Below are positions 1 to 7,214 of a stretch of 42,786 nucleotides of DNA, one piece after another. Source of the stretch: a virus. Lineage: Duplodnaviria > Caudoviricetes. The stretch lies in IMG/VR virus record IMGVR_UViG_3300048579_000050, positions 1-42,786 of that record; one strand, written 5' to 3'. The number at the start of each line of letters is the position of its first letter. Position 1 is the stretch's first letter. The notes beneath the pieces are model-generated. The model did no database searches. It worked only from the letters and a program-made list of their open reading frames with translations, and had not been told where the DNA came from. Made by a program: the position numbers and the translations under genes.

Positions 1-1
1 G

Positions 2-139
2 CCAAAGAAGAAATACGAGGACACGTTTAGCGCCCAAACGGCGATCCTTGATTGGCTCAAGAAAGAAGGCGCGGTGGAGAGCCGGACATTTGACGAAGAA
101 ACCGGAGAACCGCAGCGCACCTTCACGATCAAGCTTTGA
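2..139 (+). CDS. 3' end of a hypothetical phage protein (partial, runs off the window start)
   Basis: Frame open from base 2 to TGA 137-139 (PKKKYEDTF...RTFTIKL*). Confidence 0.55.
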   Translation, partial: PKKKYEDTFSAQTAILDWLKKEGAVESRTFDEETGEPQRTFTIKL

Positions 140-142
140 CCA

Positions 143-160
143 CGTTAAACCGCCGTTTAA
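143..160 (+). repeat. Intergenic junction motif, copy A (CGTTAAACCGCCGTTTAA)
   Basis: TTAAAC-CGCC-GTTTAA inverted repeat; 143-158 is identical to 936-951; followed by GAGG RBS and ATG 172. Confidence 0.85.
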
Positions 161-171
161 GAGGTCTGACG

Positions 172-375
172 ATGAAAATCTGTTTCGACTGCAAAGAAGA
201 ATTGGAATCGACCGGCAGCGGTCCCGGCTGGATGAACAGCGACCAATGGGATGCGTCGAAGGCTGGCGACTATTTCAAGAAGTGCGACAAGGCGCGGCAC
301 CCGAACGGCAACTGCTACTTTTGGGATACGCGCGATGTCCCCGTCCTAAAGCGCGTCGAGCCCGCCGCGCGCTAA
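172..375 (+). CDS. Small Cys-containing hypothetical protein
   Basis: ATG 172 after GAGG; CxxC near the N-terminus; stop TAA lies inside junction motif B. Confidence 0.7.
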   Translation: MKICFDCKEELESTGSGPGWMNSDQWDASKAGDYFKKCDKARHPNGNCYFWDTRDVPVLKRVEPAAR

Positions 376-389
376 ACCCGCATTAAGGA
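371..389 (+). repeat. Junction motif copy B (GCTAAACCCGCATTAAGGA)
   Basis: Near-identical to 692-710 (GCTAAAACCCGCATTAGGA); contains the upstream stop codon and downstream RBS. Confidence 0.85.
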
Positions 390-397
390 TTTCCGAA

Positions 398-646
398 ATG
401 AAGCCCATTAAAAACGAACACACCACCATCGTCCTCGGGGCGCCGCAGGGATGGAACGCGGACGCTCTAGGCCCCTGTGAGGGTTTGCCAGTCGTCGTTG
501 AACGAGAGGGCAATCACCTACTGTTCTTTTCATATTGGCGCGGAACGTGGCGCGAACGCCTAGCCGTGCTGTTCGGTCGGCCGGTGCGCCTATGTGTTAC
601 CGGCAACGCACACCCGCCCGTGCATCTCGACACCGAACCGCATTAA
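398..646 (+). CDS. Hypothetical phage protein
   Basis: RBS AAGGA; 82 aa; LGAPxGW...CxxLPV...HPPV pattern that I recall from small phage proteins. Confidence 0.8.
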   Translation: MKPIKNEHTTIVLGAPQGWNADALGPCEGLPVVVEREGNHLLFFSYWRGTWRERLAVLFGRPVRLCVTGNAHPPVHLDTEPH

Positions 647-696
647 ACCCGAACCAGCGCGACTTAATCATTAAGGCTCTCGAAAGGGATCGCTAA
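643..696 (+). pseudogene. Probable 3' remnant of a gene (LNPNQRDLIIKALERDR*)
   Basis: Start-less frame encoding an amphipathic helix, ending at a TAA inside motif D and beginning at a partial motif (GAACCGCATTAAAC). Confidence 0.35.
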
Positions 697-711
697 AACC
701 CGCATTAGGAG
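692..711 (+). repeat. Junction motif copy D (GCTAAAACCCGCATTAGGAG)
   Basis: AAACCCGCATTA is identical to 374-385; AGGAG RBS precedes ATG 720. Confidence 0.85.
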
Positions 712-719
712 TTCTGAAA

Positions 720-941
720 ATGACCGACGACGAAGTAGCGACGTTCTGCGGGCTCGCCCCGGATGACCCATTGCGGGGCAAATTCGTGGCGACACTGACG
801 CCTGAGAAGCGGGCGCTATTCGAGCGCATGGCGAACGTCGAGATTGAGTTGGCTCTTTGGCAGGATGGTCTTGGCCCGAAACCGCAAGGTGTTTTGATCG
901 ACACCGTGAAATCTACCGCCCGCCGTCGCGCGTGGCGTTAA
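720..941 (+). CDS. Hypothetical phage protein
   Basis: AGGAG RBS; 73 aa; stop TAA lies within motif E. Confidence 0.75.
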   Translation: MTDDEVATFCGLAPDDPLRGKFVATLTPEKRALFERMANVEIELALWQDGLGPKPQGVLIDTVKSTARRRAWR

Positions 942-952
942 ACCGCCGTTTG
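936..952 (+). repeat. Junction motif copy E (CGTTAAACCGCCGTTTG)
   Basis: 16-bp exact match to 143-158; sits immediately upstream of xis. Confidence 0.85.
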
Positions 953-959
953 TGATGGC

Positions 960-1304
960 ATGAAAGATGACGATCCAATCGCGCTTGCTACCGCCGCCGC
1001 AGATTTCGGCGTGCCCAAAGGCGTGCTCAAAGCGAACGGGATCGCCGGCAAGCTCAAGATTTACAAACTAGGAACGCGCTACTACACCACGCCAAACGCC
1101 GTTAGGGAGTGGGTTGAATCGTGCCTCGTAGAAGCAAAGGCCCCCGCCTCTATCTCGATCCGACGCGCAAGGTCTGGATCATCCGAGACGGATCGCGCTT
1201 CGTCCGCACTGGCTGCCGCGAGGGCGACCGTCGCCAGGCTGAAAGCTTCCTCGCGCAATACATCGGCACAAAGCACCGCCCCGAACCGTCAGGCTCGCCA
1301 ATGA
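960..1304 (+). CDS. xis: Excisionase / recombination directionality factor (winged-helix)
   Basis: LATAAADFGVPKGVLK...GKLKIYKLGTRYYTTPNAVREW is a MerR-like Xis fold; its 3' part overlaps the int start. Confidence 0.7.
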   Translation: MKDDDPIALATAAADFGVPKGVLKANGIAGKLKIYKLGTRYYTTPNAVREWVESCLVEAKAPASISIRRARSGSSETDRASSALAAARATVARLKASSRNTSAQSTAPNRQARQ

Positions 1305-2113
1305 TTGCGGATGTTCTCACCGCCTACGGTTCCGAGGTAGCGCCGCACAAGAAAACCGCGCGCAATATCGGCTATCGGATCGGCTCGCTTCTGGATTGGT
1401 GGGGAGAAAAGACCGTGGCGGATATTTCCGCGAGGTCGTGCCGGGAATATGCGGCGACGAAAACCCCATCGGCGGCCGGTGCCGATGTCAAGACGCTGCG
1501 AGCGGCGGTGAAGCACTGGCACCAGGAATATGGGCCGTTGACCATTGTGCCGGTATTCTGGCAGCCGAAAGAGAACCCGCCGAAAGAGCGATGGCTTACA
1601 AAGAGCGAGGCGGCGCGGCTGCTATTCCACGCGCGCCGCTACCAGCACCTTCGGCGCATGATCCTGCTGGGCCTATATACCGGGTCGCGGCCGGGTGTGA
1701 TCCTTGCGCTTCAATGGGATCAGATCGATTTCAAGTCGGGCGTCATGTCCCGCATTCCGGTCGGCGCCACGCAGGATGAGCGCAAGAGGGCACCGAAGGT
1801 CAAGCTTGGCCGGCGGATTCTGGCGCATCTGAAACGCTGGCGGCGGCTTGACGCCAAGGATGCAAAATTCATCTGCGGCTTTGAGGGGCGGGCCGTGATC
1901 GACCCGTGGCGATCATGGGCCAAGGCAATCGAGGCCGCCGGCTTAGAGGGCGTTACACGGCACACCCTGCGGCACACCCGCGCTACGTGGATGGCACAGG
2001 CTGGCGTGCCGATCTGGGACGCGGCCGGTTTTCTTGGGATGACAGTCAAGACGTTTGAGGCGGTCTATGGGCACCATTCCCCGGACCATCAGGAACGAGC
2101 GGCGAACATTTGA
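1121..2113 (+). CDS. int: Tyrosine recombinase / phage integrase
   Basis: LYTGSR (catalytic R), HTLRH box, LGMT...VYGH (catalytic Y); 330 aa. Confidence 0.95.
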   Translation: MPRRSKGPRLYLDPTRKVWIIRDGSRFVRTGCREGDRRQAESFLAQYIGTKHRPEPSGSPMIADVLTAYGSEVAPHKKTARNIGYRIGSLLDWWGEKTVADISARSCREYAATKTPSAAGADVKTLRAAVKHWHQEYGPLTIVPVFWQPKENPPKERWLTKSEAARLLFHARRYQHLRRMILLGLYTGSRPGVILALQWDQIDFKSGVMSRIPVGATQDERKRAPKVKLGRRILAHLKRWRRLDAKDAKFICGFEGRAVIDPWRSWAKAIEAAGLEGVTRHTLRHTRATWMAQAGVPIWDAAGFLGMTVKTFEAVYGHHSPDHQERAANI

Positions 2114-2116
2114 ATA

Positions 2117-2298
2117 CTGTGCCAAGGCACAGAAATGAACTTGGAGAGTGGCCTATTTAGTGATAGTTTCTAGCCCGGCCGCCTTCCAGGCCAGAAACCT
2201 ACAAAGGCTAAGTAGTTGATTTTAATAGATGCAAAGATGGGGAAACAACGTGAACGAAGCAAGAAATGGTGGGCATTTGTGTGCCGAAACTGTGCCAA
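2117..2298. other. Probable attP region with arm-type repeats
   Basis: AT-richer region directly after int; CTGTGCCAA at 2117-2125 and 2290-2298, inverted GGCACAG 2126-2132, variant TGTGCCGAA 2280-2288; core not identified. Confidence 0.55.
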
Positions 2299-2438
2299 CG
2301 GAGGCCGAGCGGCTCGCGTCCCTGCTTCGCGTTGCCGAGGCGCAATGGCCGCACAAATCGCCCGAGGATCAGGAGATCGAGCGCCGGTTTATCGAGCGCG
2401 ATCTGGCGGCGTTCGAAGCCGCGCGGATTGGAGATTAA
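2250..2438 (+). CDS. Hypothetical protein
   Basis: ORF 2229-2438 with probable GTG start at 2250; helical composition. Confidence 0.45.
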   Translation: MNEARNGGHLCAETVPTEAERLASLLRVAEAQWPHKSPEDQEIERRFIERDLAAFEAARIGD

Positions 2439-2474
2439 CGGGGCGGGTCGTCGCCCAATTTAGGAGTTTGCGCG

Positions 2475-3221
2475 ATGACTGACGCACGCGAAACGGCCAT
2501 GAAGAACGAAATTTTGCGGGGCGTAGTCGGGTCCACCGCTCACGGGACAGCCATCGACGGCCAGGATGACAGGGACGAAATGGGCGTGTTTATCGAACCG
2601 GCGGAAAGGGTCTGCGGTCTAACGCCGCTCGACCATTACATCTACCGGGACAAGCCGGAGGGTGTTCGCAGCGAGGCCGGCGACCTCGACCTGACGATGT
2701 ATAGCCTGCGCAAGTTCTGTCGGCTAGCAGAGCAGGGAAACCCGTCTGTGGTTGTACTTCTTTGGCTACCCGGACACACCGTCAAAACCCCGCTAGGCGA
2801 CTCACTGATCGCCATGCGTGAGGCGTTTATCAGCCGTGATTCCGGCGCTCGCTTTCTCGGCTATCTTGTGGCGCAAAAGATGAAGATGACCGGCGGGCGG
2901 GCGCATACCGTGAACCGGCCTGAACTTGTCGCCAAGTACGGGTTTGATACCAAATTCGCGATGCACGCCCTGCGCTTGGGATTTGAGGGCATCGAAATGC
3001 TCACCGAGCGACGGATCACCCTCCCCGTCGCGGAGCCGAGCCTGTCGGTCCTCCGAGGCGTCCGCACGGGACAGTATTCCGAGAAAGAGACGCTAGCGAT
3101 GATCGAACGGGCTGAAATGCAGCTTAGAAACCTGCTGCAAGATTGCACATGGAAGACTGACCGCAGGCGTATCGACGCCTTCATGGTCAAGTCTCACATG
3201 GCGCAATGGCAGCGCAGATAA
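2475..3221 (+). CDS. DNA polymerase-beta superfamily nucleotidyltransferase (YcgL/RlaP-like)
   Basis: GSTAHG...DDRDEMGVF (GS plus DxD), GNP motif, YGFDTKFAMHALRL; AGGAG RBS. Confidence 0.85.
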   Translation: MTDARETAMKNEILRGVVGSTAHGTAIDGQDDRDEMGVFIEPAERVCGLTPLDHYIYRDKPEGVRSEAGDLDLTMYSLRKFCRLAEQGNPSVVVLLWLPGHTVKTPLGDSLIAMREAFISRDSGARFLGYLVAQKMKMTGGRAHTVNRPELVAKYGFDTKFAMHALRLGFEGIEMLTERRITLPVAEPSLSVLRGVRTGQYSEKETLAMIERAEMQLRNLLQDCTWKTDRRRIDAFMVKSHMAQWQRR

Positions 3222-3231
3222 GAGGCTTACG

Positions 3232-3444
3232 ATGATGTGGAGAGAAATAACCGACGAGGCCAAGAGCGGCGAAGATGTTCTGCTTTGGGGGCCGGGGCTG
3301 GGACATATCGTGGCGCAATACGACAACAACATGGCCGGTCAATACCCGTGGACCACGCTTGACGGCCCGAATTATCACAAGGACGCATTCACCCTGTGGA
3401 TGCCGTTGCCGCCGTTACCGGCATCGCAGATCAGTGGACAATAA
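3232..3444 (+). CDS. DUF551-like small phage protein
   Basis: WREI...GEDVLLW...WMPLPPLP signature. Confidence 0.75.
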   Translation: MMWREITDEAKSGEDVLLWGPGLGHIVAQYDNNMAGQYPWTTLDGPNYHKDAFTLWMPLPPLPASQISGQ

Positions 3445-3455
3445 CAGGAGCGGAC

Positions 3456-3737
3456 ATGGCGAAAGACGCAATGAGGAAATCAGCTTGGGCGATCACCTAT
3501 GGGTTTACTATGCCAAGGTGCCACCCGTTTGTTGGGCAGCATTATTTTCAGCGAGCGAACAGGCTATCGCTGGCGCCGCACGGCACGCTCAACGTCGCCC
3601 TGTTTCCTACGCGCGATGATGCTGTCCGCGCCCATGCACTTGTCAAGAGGAAGAATCCGAAGGCAAAAATCGTTCGCGTCACCGTCGATCTCGAATGGGA
3701 CAAGAAATACTCTCATTCGGAAAAACAGCCGCGCTGA
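3456..3737 (+). CDS. Hypothetical phage protein
   Basis: AGGAG RBS before ATG 3456; ends ...ALFPTRDDA...KIVRVTV. Confidence 0.7.
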   Translation: MAKDAMRKSAWAITYGFTMPRCHPFVGQHYFQRANRLSLAPHGTLNVALFPTRDDAVRAHALVKRKNPKAKIVRVTVDLEWDKKYSHSEKQPR

Positions 3738-3752
3738 TCGGGCGGTAATGAC

Positions 3753-3911
3753 ATGGACGAAGACGAACTCTATTTGCCGGACGAGGAAGATGATGACGAC
3801 GAATGCGGCTGCGGAGAGGACACCTGCGTCTGTCCGATACCGGGGCCGAGTTGGGAGCTTCGCCAAATCTTGGCGGATGCCATCGCATCGCAAATGAAAA
3901 GTCAGCGTTGA
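3753..3911 (+). CDS. Small acidic Cys-rich protein (52 aa)
   Basis: MDEDELYLPDEEDDDDECGCGEDTCVCP...; hand-translated, below the ORF-track cutoff. Confidence 0.55.
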   Translation: MDEDELYLPDEEDDDDECGCGEDTCVCPIPGPSWELRQILADAIASQMKSQR

Positions 3912-3920
3912 ATTTCAGTT

Positions 3921-4068
3921 AACGCAAACGTGTCGTTAATGGTTCGGGTTTCAGACCGCGTATCCTTCCCGACCGCCCCGCTTTGTGGGACGCCACTTTG
4001 CGGGGCGGATCAAAAAAGGACTCGGTGACAGCACGGAGAGACGGCACAACAACGCAAACAGGCCGTTA
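3921..4068 (+). repeat. Direct repeats AACGCAAAC-N5-GTTA flanking a structured non-coding segment
   Basis: 3921-3938 vs 4051-4068, 15/18 identical, 130 bp apart; internal stem CCGCCCCGC/GCGGGGCGG. Confidence 0.65.
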
Positions 4069-4073
4069 GCAAC

Positions 4074-4367
4074 ATGTGCCACCACGAAGATTACAGAGTG
4101 AACTGGCCCGAAAAGGCGGAAACGATGACTTTGCGCGGCTCCTTCATTCGGAACGGTAGAATCGTGAGAATCGACCCGCCTATGGATATTGGTGAGAGGT
4201 TGCTTGTAGCAGGCAAGCATTTAGGCAAATGCCTTGCAGGGTATCGCGATAACGATTTGCGATCCGCTGCGCGATCCGCAGTCGATCTAGGAAATCTTAT
4301 GCTCGATGCGGCCGATGAAATTGATCGACTACGCGCGCTTGTTAATGAGCAGGAACCAAAACGATGA
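4074..4367 (+). CDS. Hypothetical phage protein
   Basis: C-terminal DAADEIDRLRA motif common in small phage proteins; start uncertain (4074 or 4125). Confidence 0.65.
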   Translation: MCHHEDYRVNWPEKAETMTLRGSFIRNGRIVRIDPPMDIGERLLVAGKHLGKCLAGYRDNDLRSAARSAVDLGNLMLDAADEIDRLRALVNEQEPKR

Positions 4368-4633
4368 ACGCCCGAGAAGATGCCCAATGGGTCGGGGACA
4401 CTATCGCGCAGTTGCAGGCTGAGAATGAGCGGCTGCGGCAGATCATTTCGGATTGCGCGGCGGCGCTGCCAAACGGGGCCGGCATCGCGCCACAATGCTC
4501 CATCGACTTCATGGCGCTGCTGCCGGGGGAGATCGCCGCCTGCTGCGCGCGGCTTGCGCGTCGCGCTATTGAGCAGGCAACGACATCGAATGATCCCGCA
4601 AATGGGCAAATAACGTCACGCGCCAAGCCTTAA
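4364..4633 (+). CDS. Hypothetical phage protein
   Basis: ATGA overlap with the previous ORF; coiled-coil LQAENERLR; converges with the late operon end. Confidence 0.65.
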   Translation: MNAREDAQWVGDTIAQLQAENERLRQIISDCAAALPNGAGIAPQCSIDFMALLPGEIAACCARLARRAIEQATTSNDPANGQITSRAKP

Positions 4634-4836
4634 GCCGCCTCCATATGCGCACGGCGCCACGGTCCCGGCTCCATGTCGGCCATTGCGACGTAACAGCCAG
4701 CCGCGATCTGCATAATCTGGCGGCGGGTCAGCCGGAAATGTTGGTTCTTGCCATCGCAACTAATCGATAATGTCCCGTATTCGTCGAACCCCTTGTGAAG
4801 CACGTCAATATATTCCGGGGTCGGGTCGTCGCTCAT
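4630..4836 (-). CDS. Hypothetical protein (last gene of the late operon)
   Basis: ATGA overlap with the upstream ORF. Confidence 0.6.
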   Translation of the reverse strand: MSDDPTPEYIDVLHKGFDEYGTLSISCDGKNQHFRLTRRQIMQIAAGCYVAMADMEPGPWRRAHMEAA

Positions 4837-4997
4837 GCGCAAGGCTCCACGATTTCTGGTTCAACTAGTTTTGCCTGAGCCTCGCCCAGGTAGATTTCAA
4901 CGAGTTCTGAATCTTGCGTATGTATGGCGACAACCGTCAACCCGCTATGGTCTTTGCGAAGATATACGGTGCGGGCGTAGAACTTAAATTCCTTCAC
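4833..4997 (-). CDS. Hypothetical protein (54 aa)
   Basis: Hand-translated MKEFKFYARTVYLRKD...; GTGA and ATGA overlaps at its two ends. Confidence 0.55.
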   Translation of the reverse strand: MKEFKFYARTVYLRKDHSGLTVVAIHTQDSELVEIYLGEAQAKLVEPEIVEPCA

Positions 4998-5086
4998 GGC
5001 ATATCGCCTGCAATAGGAATCAGGACAATCGCGAGGGCCAATAGAATGACCGGCGCGGCATCAATCGCCACTTGCCAGAAGGTCAT
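4994..5086 (-). CDS. Small hydrophobic peptide
   Basis: MTFWQVAIDAAPVILLALAIVLIPIAGDMP; coupled overlaps on both sides. Confidence 0.45.
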   Translation of the reverse strand: MTFWQVAIDAAPVILLALAIVLIPIAGDMP

Positions 5087-5391
5087 TTGAGGGCCTTTAG
5101 GATCGCGCGGAATAGGGTCTTGTTCTGCTTCATGGCCTGCGCGAGTCCTATCGAAAGCACATAGACAATCCGCTCCTCTTTGTCCCCGTCTTCTAGGGCG
5201 CCCTGATTCCATATGCCGTGGAAGATTTCATGCAGGATCGTTTCGGCTTCCTGCGCATCCGAGGCGAAGGATCGAGCCAACCGAAGCTCATGGGCAGCGT
5301 CGTCGCATTCGCCGTATTCGTCAGAGCCATCCGGCAGGTCCACTATCTTGTATTTGAAGGCGCCGATATGGACGTGCGCGGGGCGTTTCAT
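5083..5391 (-). CDS. Small zincin-like metalloprotein (HExxH)
   Basis: ETILHEIFHGI followed by EE. Confidence 0.75.
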   Translation of the reverse strand: MKRPAHVHIGAFKYKIVDLPDGSDEYGECDDAAHELRLARSFASDAQEAETILHEIFHGIWNQGALEDGDKEERIVYVLSIGLAQAMKQNKTLFRAILKALK

Positions 5392-6341
5392 ACCTTGATA
5401 ACCTTCCCACGGAATTGAACGCTATTGTCATCCCAGACTTGCACTAACTCTGGCATCAATAGTTTGCCCTTGTAGAAGGTCAGGACAGCAAAGCCGGAAC
5501 GCCAGTCTTTCGGCGCGTCCTCTGTGTAGTCCGTGAATGCAGGATGGGCCGGGTTTGCGAGACAGCCGGTATCGACGCCATAGCGCGTCCCGTTGTAATC
5601 CGTCAGCGGGGTGACCTTGCTGGAATGCAGATGGCCGGTGACCATGCTCTTGCCGGCGTTCAATGCGTTGGCGCGCGTTGCGCCCATGCCGCCCTTGAAG
5701 CGGTGCTTCACCACGCAATCGTCATTGATGAAAACTGACCAGCAAGCTGACCACGCCGGGAAATGGTCCTTCAGGTGAAAGCCATTCATGCGGGCGTATT
5801 CTGGCGCCACGGTGGCCAGCCGCGTCTCGAATCTCGCATCGTGGTTCCCAAGCGTCCACACAAGCTTGCAGGACTTCGGCGTGGCGAGTTCGATTTTGTG
5901 GAGTTGATCTTGCGCGGCCTCGATTTCATCCGCGACGGTCGGGTGATTCTCCCATCCGATTGGCGGGTGACGGGAGATTTGCGGGAGGTCCATCACGTCG
6001 CCATTCAGGATGGCGATCTTTGGCTGTAGTTCCTTGGAGAACTTGACGAAAGCCCGCATAGCGGTCGTCATTGGGCCGGGCCATATATGGGCGTCGGACC
6101 CGATCAGGACATGACCATCTGGAATATCGAAGCGGAGGCGGGCGGCGTGTTCGGCGCCGATGCGAGTTCCGGCGGTATTGGCCGCCTCTGGCGCAACTAG
6201 CTGGCGGCCTATTTTAGCTTCCAGCCTTTCGCGTCTTTGGTAAACGGTGCGCTCACCTATTCCCAATTGGCGCGATAACTTGCGGGCGCCGAGTTGTTCA
6301 AAAAGACGGACGAAATCAGCATCGGAGCATAGAGCAGCCAA
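5388..6341 (-). CDS. Calcineurin-like metallophosphoesterase with N-terminal HTH
   Basis: SDAH, NGDVMD, GNHD, KH, GHLH motifs; probable TTG start at 6341 within ORF 5388-6413. Confidence 0.85.
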   Translation of the reverse strand: MAALCSDADFVRLFEQLGARKLSRQLGIGERTVYQRRERLEAKIGRQLVAPEAANTAGTRIGAEHAARLRFDIPDGHVLIGSDAHIWPGPMTTAMRAFVKFSKELQPKIAILNGDVMDLPQISRHPPIGWENHPTVADEIEAAQDQLHKIELATPKSCKLVWTLGNHDARFETRLATVAPEYARMNGFHLKDHFPAWSACWSVFINDDCVVKHRFKGGMGATRANALNAGKSMVTGHLHSSKVTPLTDYNGTRYGVDTGCLANPAHPAFTDYTEDAPKDWRSGFAVLTFYKGKLLMPELVQVWDDNSVQFRGKVIKV

Positions 6342-6358
6342 ACCGGGGCCTCGTTCCG

Positions 6359-7201
6359 TTATTGCGGGGGAGTGTCTTCCTTCTTTGCCTTGGCCGCCTT
6401 GTCGGCGCGGCACTTGGCATCGTCCGCGCTCTTGTCGAACGTGGACGCAAAGCAGTTCTCACGCAGAAACGGCTTGATGACCTCGACCATCGGAATGGCG
6501 AAGCCCAGATGGTTCGCCCCGCGATAGCCCGCCGCAGGGACGCCGACCAACAGGCCAGATGAATTGTAAAGCGCGCCGCCCGAATTGCCACCGGCGATCC
6601 CGCCAGAGATTTGCAGCATCGGGAGCCGCGCGCCATCCGTCCACGGGAAATCAAACGCGCGATTGGCGTTCGATATGATCCCCTCGACTATGGTACTGTC
6701 ATTCCCTAGCGGGTTGCCGACCGAATAGATACGCTCGCCTCGAAGGACAGGAACCCCGTCAGGGATGATCGGGGCCGCGAAATGATGCGGGATTTTCCCC
6801 TTGATCTTCAGCAGCGCGAGATCGGAGGTCTTTGCGTCCGCAACAATCTCTGCGATATAATTAGCAGAGCCAGTAAGAGTAAACCCATCATAAGTTTTTT
6901 GCGCGACCGGGACATCCGCGAATTTGCGAAACTTCTTTTTGATGACGGTCCCGCCGGGAAGGGTGACTTCGCGCTCGACCGTCGAAACCTTGCTATCGAT
7001 GCAATGGTAATTCGTCAGGATCAGGCCGGGGTTGATCTGGATCAGCGTCCCGGAACACCCCTCATCGACTATGAAGTTCGTTTGCTCGATTGTCTTGTTG
7101 ATCGCTTCAATCGACCATTCAGCCTTAGCCGGAAAGTGCAGCACCGCGAGAATGGAATATCCGATAAGTCCGACCAACAGGCCGAGCAAGGTTCGCCGCA
7201 T
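6359..7201 (-). CDS. Trypsin-like serine protease with signal peptide or membrane anchor
   Basis: TNYHC (His), DLALL (Asp), GNSGG (Ser); AGGAG RBS before ATG 7201; hydrophobic N-terminus. Confidence 0.9.
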   Translation of the reverse strand: MRRTLLGLLVGLIGYSILAVLHFPAKAEWSIEAINKTIEQTNFIVDEGCSGTLIQINPGLILTNYHCIDSKVSTVEREVTLPGGTVIKKKFRKFADVPVAQKTYDGFTLTGSANYIAEIVADAKTSDLALLKIKGKIPHHFAAPIIPDGVPVLRGERIYSVGNPLGNDSTIVEGIISNANRAFDFPWTDGARLPMLQISGGIAGGNSGGALYNSSGLLVGVPAAGYRGANHLGFAIPMVEVIKPFLRENCFASTFDKSADDAKCRADKAAKAKKEDTPPQ

Positions 7202-7214
7202 AGGAACTCCTGAT

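Noticed and set aside
137-2113. Classical integron (intI/attI/attC)
   Set aside because: The integrase is a phage type paired with xis and co-oriented with the genes; the sites lack the long attC hairpin with R and L boxes
2170-2200. tRNA gene or tRNA-Gly fragment (GCCTTCCAGGC) at attP
   Set aside because: No T-loop GTTCRA or acceptor stem; too short to call without a search
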